From positions 156,080 through 220,079 of the forward strand of contig NW_004797872.1 of the NCBI RefSeq assembly GCF_000002075.1: a stretch of 64,000 nucleotides of DNA, given 5' to 3'. The position numbers and the translations under genes are program-made. Every line of letters begins with the position of its first letter. Within the stretch, counting starts at the first letter, position 1. Below the pieces are notes generated by a model. It made no database searches and had not been told where the DNA came from. It was given only the letters and a program-made list of their open reading frames with translations. Positions 1 through 11,600 of the stretch are shown one piece after another. The DNA is from Aplysia californica. Lineage: Eukaryota.

Positions 1-3000
1 CAATCCCCCACCATTTTTGCCAAAATATAAACAACATTAACAACAGACAAAACGTCTGTCAACTAGCAGCTACATTTCCCTCGTTTTCAAACGTACTGGC
101 TTATTTATGCAACATTTATGGTACAGACATAGGTCAGCATAAAGGAGAAATATAACTAATGACCGTCTAAATGTCGTTAACTCAGGCCCTTCCCTCTATT
201 GATCTGAGCTATTTTTGTCATCAAAAACACCAAAGTGCTCTGCAGTACACAGAACTCTGACTCTGACGTCACAAAAATACTCGTATTCAGGAGATACGAC
301 GCTTCGACACGCCCATTTATAACTTTTATCAGTGAATGAGAAATCGAGCACTCGCTTTCTGAAATTTTCTTTTCAGAACGACCCTACCTTGTATGACACA
401 AACCTTTTCATAATAGTTTTACCTTGTTCGACCTTCTTTCTTTTCTTTTAATTCACACCTACAGTATCTTATTCAACCCCTGACAAGGCGACATCAACAG
501 ATAGGAGTGCAAAACTGTAATCTTATCCTAGAGAAGCTAAAAAGACAGCTGACAGTTGTAAATACATAAGTATTTGAATGCTTAACTTCACAAGATGTTA
601 AATAGAGAAGTGACGCACTCACGTCACCTTTCCCAGGCGCACAATCACCAGTTTGATAAGAACGTAAACAAGCTATAGTTAGACACGAGAGCTAGCTTTG
701 AGAAATTGGAACAACGTTCACACCTGGTACAGCTGAGCAACTATAATTTTAATAATCGTCTCAACAGAAAAAGCAATCATGGGGTACTTGGGAACCGTAA
801 AGATAAGCGAATACAAAACATTATGAGCTCGTTAGACAGGAAGAAAAGAAAGTACAGGTTGTCCTTCTTTTTTTTTTTCTTCTTTGCTTTCTCCTTCTAG
901 ATCTCAGGGGTAGCTGACTGCTTGTTCTTCAACCTGTAGTGCAACTGGTTTTCACATATCAAGTGGCCGCTTTCCCTCAGACTTATACTGGGAATAAAAT
1001 GACATTCATTTGCTAAGAAGCCTCTCTCGCTATACCTTAGAATCCAGCTTGGCCCGCAACTAATACTGCAAAAACATTGGGGNNNNNNNNNNNNNNNNNN
1101 NNNNNNNNNNNNNNNNNNNNNNNNNNNNNNNNNNNNNNNNNNNNNNNNNNNNNNNNNNNNNNNNNNNNNNNNNNNNNNNNNNGTGGGAGAAAGTCATGGG
1201 CCAGACACGACCTCTCCAAGAAACCTCTGTAGTAGGTATGCGAGGCCCGACAGCCAAACTAATCAGACAAGACAATATACAAAACCACACCAGAGCACCC
1301 GCCAACCATGAACGAAAGATACTAAATTTGGCAACCCACACATCGACTTTAGAAACAATCACCACAATATGACTATATGACGAATTTCAGAGAACAATAT
1401 CAAGACAAAAAACACCAAGACACAGAATGATATCATGACAGACGTACGGCCCCACGTGGATCCGAACATCCCTCAGACCCCAAATATATTAGAAAGACAT
1501 CACAACAATGAAAGAAGATCTATAGTCTCAGCCTCAACACCCCTCCCTAAACGAAACACCCTGGAGACAAAGACCCATGTGCCGAATGGTAGGGCCTATA
1601 CACTCCCAAACGATGAACTTATGCCCCAGGGCCTTTGGGGTCTTCGAACGACGAACTTTTTGTAATCGAAATTTGAAATAGGTACATGCACTTAAAATGA
1701 GCCTAGACTGCTTGGCCAAAGACCCTTTACAACAAGATGGTTCACTCAGCCAGAGCATTCGCGCAAATTCTCAGGTGGCGCCATCAGCGATTTTGAGCAC
1801 ACTTTTTTATGTTGCCCAAATAGAGGAGTGAACCATCTAGTATAGGTTAGGATCTTTTTCTTGATGAAAGAACCTATAGTATAAGACCTTTGCCTTGATA
1901 CAGAGACAACACATCTGTTTGCTGACTGATTGCTGAACACGTACATCGACACCACTGTAGCATCATTCAACCCCAGCATGTGGCCTTGGCAGTGGCAGTC
2001 TGTCACTGTCACAACAACAAACGCGTACGGAATTTTTCACAGACACTTTCCGTCTTACTTTGGAGTAATCAAGCAGGAACAGCTTACGTAATTTTGAAAA
2101 CCTCTTGAAATGTACATTATTTCCAGACGAAAAAGAAACTCACCAAAAGAGGTGACCAAAGCCAAGTTGTCATCCCAGTATGTTTCCAAGCTAATAACGC
2201 AACACTATTTCATGTCTCCGGTGTATCTGTATGCTGACTCCAAAATTATAGAATGTTATCAAGTTTTAACGGTTTTTAATGTCCATGTACAGCTTCAACC
2301 TCAACACAATACGGCCATATCGCTCAAGGGAGGGTCAAACTTGCAATGAAATATGAACTTAATGTGGCTAATATATCCCTTGTTTGCAATGCGACAGTCC
2401 ACAGCCTGTTAAACGCTGATGGAATATGTTGAGTTTAGGCGTTAACTTCGCCTAAATACCTTTACAGCGCCGAAAATTGAGTAATGGAGCAGATCTATGA
2501 GAAAAAGTGAGTACATTCTTCCGTTCCATAAATCTCAGTTGAGACATTATTGATTTTAACTTTGGCAACGTCGTTGTTTTCTCTCAAGCGACAGCCCAAT
2601 ATCCACCGACACAATCGCTCCCACAATAATACATGTAAGCGACAGCGAACTGATCTCGCGGAGACGCCATTTGTGTTTGCGAAACACTGCCCAGCTCCCC
2701 ACACTCTCAAATCATTTTTAGTTTTTCCCTCAGCCACTCGAACTTGGTGGATTAAGTTAGAAAAGTATTCCAACATCCAAATGTGCTGAAATGAGCCGAT
2801 AGGTGAAAAGCAGACCGGACGCTTACATATTATTATTGCTCAGACTGTTTCTATCAGCAAGTGCCTTGCGTTTCGTCGCAAAAAATAGACAATTGGAATC
2901 AAGCTCCTGTGATTCAGCATAACGTATGCATATTAACAAAGCCCATAACCATAAACATGAACAAGTGTTTATTAAAAATTTTATATTAAATCTTATAGGA

Positions 3001-4885
3001 GGGATTTTTTGTTGGTATATAGCGCAATACTTATTACTTTGAGGACATTTTGATTACTTATGATTTCGTCGGTTGAAGGTTTTCAGCAAATCTAAGATCA
3101 AAAGGGATCTGAACAATAGATTTGTCGTTTGAGAGTGCTCCCACACCGATGAGAAGATCCACGAGTTCACCGACGGCTTTGCCATTTTAGGCACTGCCAT
3201 AATACGAAGAAAATGCACCCATTACCCGTTGGTTAAGTTGTCAAAATACAGAAACCAAAAGGCGCACGAACTGAGAATGCAATATTGAGCAGGGAAGTAA
3301 CATGTTGATATTAGCCTACCGTCCGTAATACAAGCTATCCTCACACTTTACTCAGAATATATGACAGAAATAAGGAAATCGCTCAAGAAGCAATTAGAAT
3401 ATACTTTTTTCCATTTCTTGTTGCTGGCTGGGGGGGTTTTTTTTTTTTGGGGGGGGGGGAGGATGGGCATGGTGACAGATCAAAATATACCAGATTATAA
3501 ATAAGATAGAAACCTAGGAAACGTTCAGTGAATGTTTCATTTTTAATGGGTGTTTAACCACCCACATGGAACCCCGAGAGAGTTTTCTAAAGTGCGTTGG
3601 GATCACTGCTCTAGCTCTGATGCTCAAGTCGCTATCATAGAAATAGAACTGAATCACTTGAAAACACGTTGCACAACGTATTTCCATCCAATTCCCAAAG
3701 GGGAGAGACCTTCACAACAGATTCCATGTCAGTCCAATGTGAACTTGAACTTGAACCAAAGAGCAAGTGAGAATTGAAACAAATCCTTCTTTGCGATAAA
3801 GAGACGTCATTTGGCATTGGATTTATAGTATCTCCGACATTCCACAAATCGACAGCAGCCAAACTAGCTAAAGAGGGATTTCAACAAGCACAGCAACAAC
3901 ACCTTCAGCACCATGAAAAAGATCACCAGATCCAACAACAAACAGGACTGGCTAAACTGTTGCACGTTAGCTGTTGAATTATTCCAATAGACAGCAGCTC
4001 CAAACCTCACAGACAGTGCCGACTACCATCTTCTTTTGCCTGAGCTCAACAAGTCATTCTTAATCAGCACTTGCACCAAAGAGGACCTATATATAAGAAT
4101 CAGGGTGGCACATGTTTGGACACCTGGAAAAGAGTGTCAAATACCACTTGTTTGACTGCCATGCCCCAAAAGACCTCAGAGGTCAACCTTTTCCTTTGCA
4201 GTCACACACAACAGCAAATAGAGTGGAGTCCGCTTAAACCGAAATCTGTGGAACCCCCAGATTTCCTTTAGTTTAGCCACGTCTTTATGGCTTATAGAGG
4301 TTGTTCAAATGGAAGGAAAAACATTGGGGAATTTATTTCCTTTCAGTAAATTGCTCTGCTTTCAGATTAACACCATGTTCAAGTTAAGCGGACTCCACTG
4401 TATTATTTACGGGAAAACTCAAAACGGGCATTGTAGTGCTGATAGCAGAATATGTCAATGGGCTGAAGGACGAAAGTAAAAGCCACTGAGCTCCTTGATC
4501 ATTACAATCAATGCAAAAAAACTTTGAACCTTTTTCTACTTTCATCCCTCCCTCCCCCAAATTTTTTCTTGATAAACAAAAACGCACACAGAGTTTAAAA
4601 AAAGAAAGCAACTGCAGTAGTTTAAAAAGAGTTTGAAAGAAAGAAAACACAAGAGACAGGTAAATAAAGAATAAAAAGATCAAGAGTTTCATGCATGTTT
4701 TTCTCATGTTGGATGTGTCTGCTACCTTGATATGAAGGAAGTGTATTCATTGGTTAAGTTGTTAAATGCAAAGTAATTATAAAGCGTAACTGGACTGCGA
4801 ATATTGTGCTAGAGCAGCACAGCATAACATTCCTCTTCTTTTCACATTACAGATTATAAACATACTTGGGGGGGGGGGGATTGGT

Positions 4886-5380
4886 AAGTGTTTTATGGCG
4901 CTCCCAACTGCATAAGGTCATATGAGCGTGTGGGACACACCAAACTTTTTAGTTGGTAGGTAATTTTAAATTTTGCCTGGGTGGTGGCAGAAGCCTACTC
5001 TTATTGATTTTGGACCACCAAGGGATCTTTAACATGCCCAACTTGCACACGGGACCTCCAAGAGATTTTTCGCCCTTGTCCAAGAAGGCCAGGGGCAGAT
5101 CATACCGACCATAAGACCAGGAATGTTTGCTGAAAGACAACAGTAAAAAGGAGCCAAGGAGAAGCAGTAGAAAGGCGGCAGAAAGAGTCAGGAGCCCACA
5201 GGAGGGGGAAGAGGAGGCAAGGGGGTGGGGGCAGAAAGTGGAGATGAAAGCAGATGACAGAATATTGTTAGAGACCAGGAAAGGATGTGAAAGTAGAAAA
5301 TTTTCCGTCACTATCCGGATTCGAACCCGGAATTACTGAATGAGAGGCGAACACCTTAACCTCTAGGTCACTAGAGCCCC
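4886..5380 (-). mobile_element. tRNA-derived SINE family A (Meta-domain-like core), full length
   Basis: tRNA-like head with A and B boxes (GGTTCGAATCC), core gaggtcccgtgtg...gcatgttaaagatccc, 3' tail cgctcatatgaccttatgcagttg..agcgccataaaac. Homologous to 6037-6495, 51285-51620 and 57570-58080. Confidence 0.85.
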
Positions 5381-6036
5381 ATACTTTATCCAGATCATAC
5401 ATAAGCAGAGTGCTAAAGAGACAAAGAGAGTAACATTTTTTTCTTTTGTTGTTGAAGTGGCCAAAGTGGCACACACTGATCTTTCATGTTTAGCCCAATT
5501 CGATTTTCGCAAATGTTTTGATTTTGCGAAATGAGTCGCCAGTGTCATGTATGAATTTGGCTTCCAAAGCAGTAGCACCCCTTCTAACATTTTGTGTACG
5601 ATTTGTTTTAATGAATTTCTAAAAATCGAAAATTCAAATAGGAGGAAAAAATAAACAAACACCACCCCCCCATAAAACAGCCTGTATGCAGTATATCTGA
5701 TCATAAATTAAATAAACACATGGTCAACGGTTCACTTTTAAATTCGTGGAGTACATGATTCATCACTTCAGGGGATGCCATTTATGTTCAGCTTTGTAGA
5801 AACAATATATGGGTGTTTTCTTCACTATACATAATTTAACTCACACATGGAGGCATTGTAAAAGTCAAACACATCACAAATAAAAAGCATAGTGACACAG
5901 TAGCAGATGTAGGAAAAAAAAAAGAAAAGAAGAAAGCATCATAAAAATCAGGATTGTCTCGTGAAATATAGTTTTTTCCCTGTCATCCTATCTATACACT
6001 CTCTTAACAAATGCCAATGGATTATTTTTCTTTTGC

Positions 6037-6495
6037 AAGTGTTTTATGGCACTCACAACTGCATAAAGTCAAAAGAACACGCCGGACACATTAAGCATAT
6101 TCAGTTTGGTAGGAATTCATTTTGAATTTTGCCTGGGAGGCGGCTGGACCTTACTTTTATCGATTGATCACCAAGGGATCTTTAACATGCACAACTTGCA
6201 CATGGGACCTCCAAGATCCTTTCGTCCTTATCCGAGAAGGCTAGGTGTTCGCTTTTACCTACACTAAGATCAGGATTGCTGCTGAAAAACAGTTGTAAGA
6301 AGGAACCAAGGAGTAGTAGCAGAAAGGCTGCAGAAAGAGTCAGGAGTCCAGAGTAGGGGCAGAAAGTGGAGACGAATGCAGATAACAGAACATGGTTAGA
6401 GAGCAGGAAAGGAGGTGAGAGGAAAAAATGTTAGAGAATAGAATTTTTCTGTTGCTGCCAGTATTTGAGCCCAGGACTTATAGAATGGGAGACAA
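6037..6495 (-). mobile_element. SINE family A, more diverged copy
   Basis: Colinear similarity to 4886-5380 with a degenerate B box. Confidence 0.8.
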
Positions 6496-6734
6496 AATAT
6501 AGAAGCTGCAAGCCATTTCAAACTTTAAAAATAAAAAAGTAAACGCCTTCTAAGGACAAAATTTCAACTAGTTTTGCTCTTCATAGACTCAAATGTGACC
6601 TATTTGCTATTATCAAGGCAGTAGCTCTTGTAATTTCGCATTTTTTGGACATTCATAAATTCTTACTTGTAAAGCGGAGTTGAAGAGATTAAAACTGAAA
6701 GCCAAATGAAAACAAGAAGAAAATTATTATTTAC

Positions 6735-6929
6735 CTGTACCTCGGTTGCAACATCCACAGTTTCCCTAGGAACTTCGGATCTGAAACTTTTCCGCAGCAT
6801 CAAGTGATCAGGATCCCCTACCCATCCACCAATGCAGAAACGTGCTTTGTGTTTCTGCAGCAGGCTAGGGTTTGTGAATGTCATGCTACAATCATGACAT
6901 TTCCAGTTCATGGACATTATGTCCTCCAT
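6735..6929 (-). CDS. CCDC17: First coding exon of a CCDC17-like protein (N-terminal zinc-finger-like motif); downstream exons not located
   Basis: gccATGG start at 6929. Translation MEDIMSMNWKCHDCSMTFTNPSLLQKHKARFCIGG resembles the recalled CCDC17 N-terminus (CxxCxMxF...LLxxHxxRFCIG). Acceptor ttttccccag puts the exon start at 7013 and CAG|gtaaat the end at 6735. A probable non-coding exon 1 ends at 7909 (AG|gtacac). Confidence 0.7.
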
Positions 6930-8057
6930 GGCTGAATATTGCACTGTACTGGTACGAAATGGTTTTAAAGAAATGCGAAATCCTTTGCTTCTTATGAGCT
7001 ACATGTTTCTGATCTGGGGAAAAAAATGAAAAAATTAAATAAAGATACTTGTGCTACTGAGATCATAATGAAGGCATTTGAGGAGAAAGTAACATTGAGA
7101 GTGCATGGAGTTTAATATGAGTAATTTTTTTTCATAAGTAGGCCTATAATTTAATAGGTCATCTTTGTCTTTAGAAATTCACATAAAAAAACCTAAACAA
7201 TATATAATTTAATGTACTAAATTGTAAAACTCAGAAAATCTACAGAAGCTGTACCATTATATCCAAATGATGCCCTAATCCCGTAAGTCCTTAAAGCCAC
7301 ACCACCATATCAAGTGACTAACAAAACAAACCAGTTCGAATCAATTGGTTTTGGCTTTGCATTTATTCTTAAAAATCAGATTGTCGAAAAATGAAAGCCT
7401 TGTGCGAATGAAAAATAGGGAGGTGGAGGTGGGGGTGCAGTGATGCTTCCAAATGAACAACCCCCCTCCCCTCCCCCCAAAAACAACAAACTAACAAAGA
7501 AAAAAACAATAAGGGGAAATCTGATCTGCTGGAACCTCGGTTGATTTCTTTTAAAAATTAATTAGCAGGTGCCACTCAATGGCCAAGCACACTTGAGCTT
7601 CACTTTAGAAGATATAATGATCAGTAAATTAATTTAGTAGCCTACATAAATGATAAATAAAAAGTTTTCAGAATTCAATGTCCTAACCCTAATCTAAATT
7701 TAAAAGATCTAGAATCTAGGCCTATTATTACTATTATTAGTAGATCTATACTAGCCAAACGCCAAATAAAATACTTTTTATAATTTGTTATGATAAATGA
7801 AGTTCATTCTACGAAGGAGATGCAATTATAAAAGAGGCCCTGAACAAAAAAAATAAATATTTTCTAAATGAAAAAGAATAACAAAAAATATGAAAGGTTT
7901 AAGTGTACCTCTTAACTGTGTTAAATTTCTTTACTTGAAACGATGCCATCACTCCAGCACACCCCAGCCCCGACAAACACCTCAAACTTCTCACTTAAGA
8001 CTGCGCCATTGTGATCAAGCAAGAGTCATGTGAACACACCGCCCGCGTTCATTGGAT

Positions 8058-8071
8058 GTGATCATAGCAAC
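8058..8071. promoter_or_regulatory. RFX X-box-like motif GTGATCATAGCAAC with adjacent CCAAT box (ATTGG 8051-8055) in the CCDC17/TECR divergent promoter
   Basis: Near match to X-box consensus GTNRYY-AT-RGYAAC, just upstream of the inferred CCDC17 exon 1. Confidence 0.55.
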
Positions 8072-8289
8072 GCGTCCATCATGGCCGATCATGTTGAGTT
8101 AGTTTATAAGTTTTCCTTCTTTAATGTATGATTTTAAAAAAATAGAGAATAAAGCCTCTCTCACATCTCTTTTATTTACAAAAGAGTATTTAAGTCAAAG
8201 GCTGCAGAATAAAATGATTTTCTTAAAGAAATATAACTTTTCCACAAAGGAAATGATATCAGATAGAAAACCATTATGAACACCGTAAA

Positions 8290-8302
8290 TGACCTTTGAA
8301 CC
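8290..8302 (-). promoter_or_regulatory. Nuclear-receptor DR1-like element (GGTTCA-A-AGGTCA) upstream of TECR
   Basis: TGACCTTTGAACC on the + strand, about 370 bp upstream of the TECR ATG. Motif match only. Confidence 0.35.
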
Positions 8303-8671
8303 TTTACTGTTTGTCTTCATTTAAAAGTATAAGTTTGCTCTTAATAGTAGAACAAATTTACAATACTATAGCTCTCTTCTTTCAAATTGCAGTATAAATA
8401 TGGAAGAAAATACGATGATATGCTGACAAAATATTTAGTTTGTTTTTTTCAGAAAGATAAATGTTCTCATCGAGACAATGAATTTGCTTTTCCCTTCCAG
8501 CTTTTTAATCAGGTAGTCATATCATCTCATCTCAAGGGACTGCGGACTGCGGACTTTGTGAACCTGGGCCGATGACCACCGGCTTGCTGTGTGAAGATCA
8601 TCTCACAACTTTGCATAATAGGCCTGCATAAGAAATCTGTTTAAATTGCAGTCAATTTTAAACTGTATAAC

Positions 8672-11600
8672 ATGGAGGTGAGTATTTGCCATATCCTGCT
8701 ATCGTAAATGGAATCTCTCATCTGCCGAGGGCATTAAATTGCAGCTCATTCAGACTCAGACTCAAGTCTACTCAAGACTTTTTCGCCCTTATCTAAGACT
8801 TGGCCACCTCTATTCTCACCCGGGATGAGAATAGTGCAGGCTAGTCTTTTGGCTATTCTCACCCGGTGCGCGTTCACTGTTATAGCCTAGATCTAGATCT
8901 AGGCCAACAAATTTTGCGTTCACCCTAAACCACAGAATTCTACACTGTGATAACAGAAAAATTGTAGCCTACTAAAAGCGTACAATTTTGTATCATGTGG
9001 CATGTGGGCAGTGGAGAGAGAGAGAAAGAGACAGAGAGAGGAGTAGCGTGAGAACTTCCGGTCAAAACAAAATGGCGACCCGCGTAGTTCTGCTCGATTC
9101 GAAAAGTTAAATAGCCGTAGCATCTTTGTAGACAACCAAATTAATTTACTTTTGTGTTTTAACATCATTTTTTAACTTTGTTTTTGTCAATTTGATCGTC
9201 CACACTGATAGACAGTATTCAGAAAGAGACAGAGAGAGAGAGAGAGGGGAGGAGTAAATCTTGCGAGAACTTCCGGGCAAAACAAAATGGCGACCCGCGT
9301 AGTTCGGCTCGATTCGAACAGTGAAATAGCCATAGCATCTTTGAAGATGATCAAATTAGCTTACTTTTGTGCTATAACGTAATTTTTTCTTGGCTTTTAT
9401 CAATTTGATCATCCACACCGATAGACAGTATTCCAAAATGAGGAAAAGCAGGTCTTGTTTCGCACCGGATGAGAATAGCCTACGCTGGCAAGTCTCACCC
9501 GGGGTGAGAGGTAGATCGTTTTTCTATTCTCACCCCGGATGAGAATAGCCACTTCCCTAAGACTTAGGCTCACCACTGCCTGCTAGAGTAATATTACCAC
9601 TGGTTCGGTCAAAATTTGGACGAAAATAGTGTGTCGACTTTAAAGCTTTATATCTCCCAGATGTATCTGCCTTCCCCAAGAGGAAAACCGAAACTTGCTA
9701 CAGGAAGCCCTGTAATTTGATGAGCCCATAAATGCACTGTTTCAGCTTGTTCCCACATTATGAGATGACTATATTTGAGTTTGAGGCCCTAACACCTGTC
9801 ACTGACAGGGTGCGAACATGATGCCAGATGTATTTTCGTGTTCAGTCTCAATTTTTTTGTATTCTCATGGATTCGGGCTGTATTTTGGCATTTGGTCGTT
9901 TTCAATTATGATCACTTTTGTTTCTTTGCAAGCTTAATAACATGATTAATGCTTGTTATCAACCCTTTGACTTTGACACAATAATGATAGTGCGTCTAAA
10001 GTGGTTTTCACCATTTTTATAGCTATTTTAATGAGTATGTATCTGACTCACTCTACTACACTTCTTGGCCATTCTGCAGTCTACAGTACAGTGAGAAAAG
10101 AAAGTTTGCATTATAACAGAACTTGGTCCACATCAGCAGCGGGATTTTTAGCTAAAAAACAATGTTCGCTCTTTTTCCTGTACGTGGTAGGATAAGTATG
10201 AATGGCTTACGGTGAGCTTGTCCAAATAGAAATTGTATTCTTCCCATTGTCTGCTTTTTACTGATCGATCAGACACTGACAANNNNNNNNNNNNNNNNNN
10301 NNNNNNNNNNNNNNNNNNNNNNNNNNNNNNNNNNNNNNNNNNNNNNNNNNNNNNNNNNNNNNNNNNNNNNNNNNNNNNNNNNNNNNNNNNNNNNNNNNNN
10401 NNNNNNNNNNNNNNNNNNNNNNNNNNNNNNNNNNNNNNNNNNNNNNNNNNNNNNNNNNNNNNNNNNNNNNNNNNNNNNNNNNNNNNNNNNNNNNNNNNNN
10501 NNNNNNNNNNNNNNNNNNNNNNNNNNNNNNNNNNNNNNNNNNNNNNNNNNNNNNNNNNNNNNNNNNNNNNCAAACAAACAGACATACATAGACTCGCAGA
10601 AAGCAATAGAAAGAACACGACTACACCAGGGCGCCCGCCAATTCTAATAGTAGTTAGTAAGCCTATTGCCCTTTTGCTCACTTTCCAATTATGCACCACC
10701 TTATCTGCAACCCAAGCGACACCACTGGTGATGATGTAGAGTAGATTTAGATTTTCATCTAGATCTAGAGCTTGTTCATTCTCGTATGTCCTCGTTAAAA
10801 AAATTGTAGATTTTCTAGCTCATTTATTAATTTAGATCTAGAATCTAGACCTAGATTAGATGTAGACATTAGGATAAAGATAGAAAAGTTTTGAATTTGT
10901 AGATTGCAGAATGTATATGATGTTTTTACTTTTAAATGTAAAGAAATATGCTTTGATCATTTGGTGTGATATTTTTGAAAGCCAACAGATTTGTTTCGTT
11001 ATGATTTTCTTATTAACTTTTCTATGTTCTCTCTTTTAGGTTAACGTGGTTCACGCCAAGTCTGGGAAAGAACTGGCCGTCATTGCAGGGGTAAGAAATA
11101 GATAAAATTTGTGTAGGCTTGTCCACAATGATGTACCCTTGAAATTCTGATCTGTTTATTGTTTGATGCTTACTACTGGAGACCCTTTTCACTGAGAACT
11201 TTGGGTTGTTTATTGGCCAGTCATAGTTAAGTTTTATTAAAACTTTTGGTATTAGTATGTTTACATTGGGAGGGATGGGGTGTCAACGGAAATTTTAAAA
11301 AATAGTGAGTGGGGGGGAGGGGGATTGATCTGTATTGGCATGAAAGTGCTTTGTGGTTGAATGAATTTGAAAGTGAACAGAGCTGTGTCTGTAGAACATA
11401 TATAATTTCTCTTTGTTTTGAAGGACTTTTAATAATTAGTGTCATTGCTAACTAGCCCTTATACAGGGAATTCATGTGTCACACAGCTCATTGCCAGTGA
11501 CCTTTTCAATTTCCTCTTGTACTTTTTTGTTTGCAGCTGCATCCTAAGTCAACAATCTTGGATGTGAAAAATGGGCTCCGAAACATTCGTAAGTGTATTT

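Noticed and set aside
3550-4271. Short ORFs as a gene or LINE endonuclease remnant (FGIGFIVSP)
   Set aside because: Only a faint resemblance to an APE motif, with no continuous frame or convincing splice sites. Left unassigned.
1-6700. Further CCDC17 exons
   Set aside because: No candidate with good splice sites and an open phase-0 frame was found by eye. The acceptor near 988 (-) hits a stop after 11 codons.
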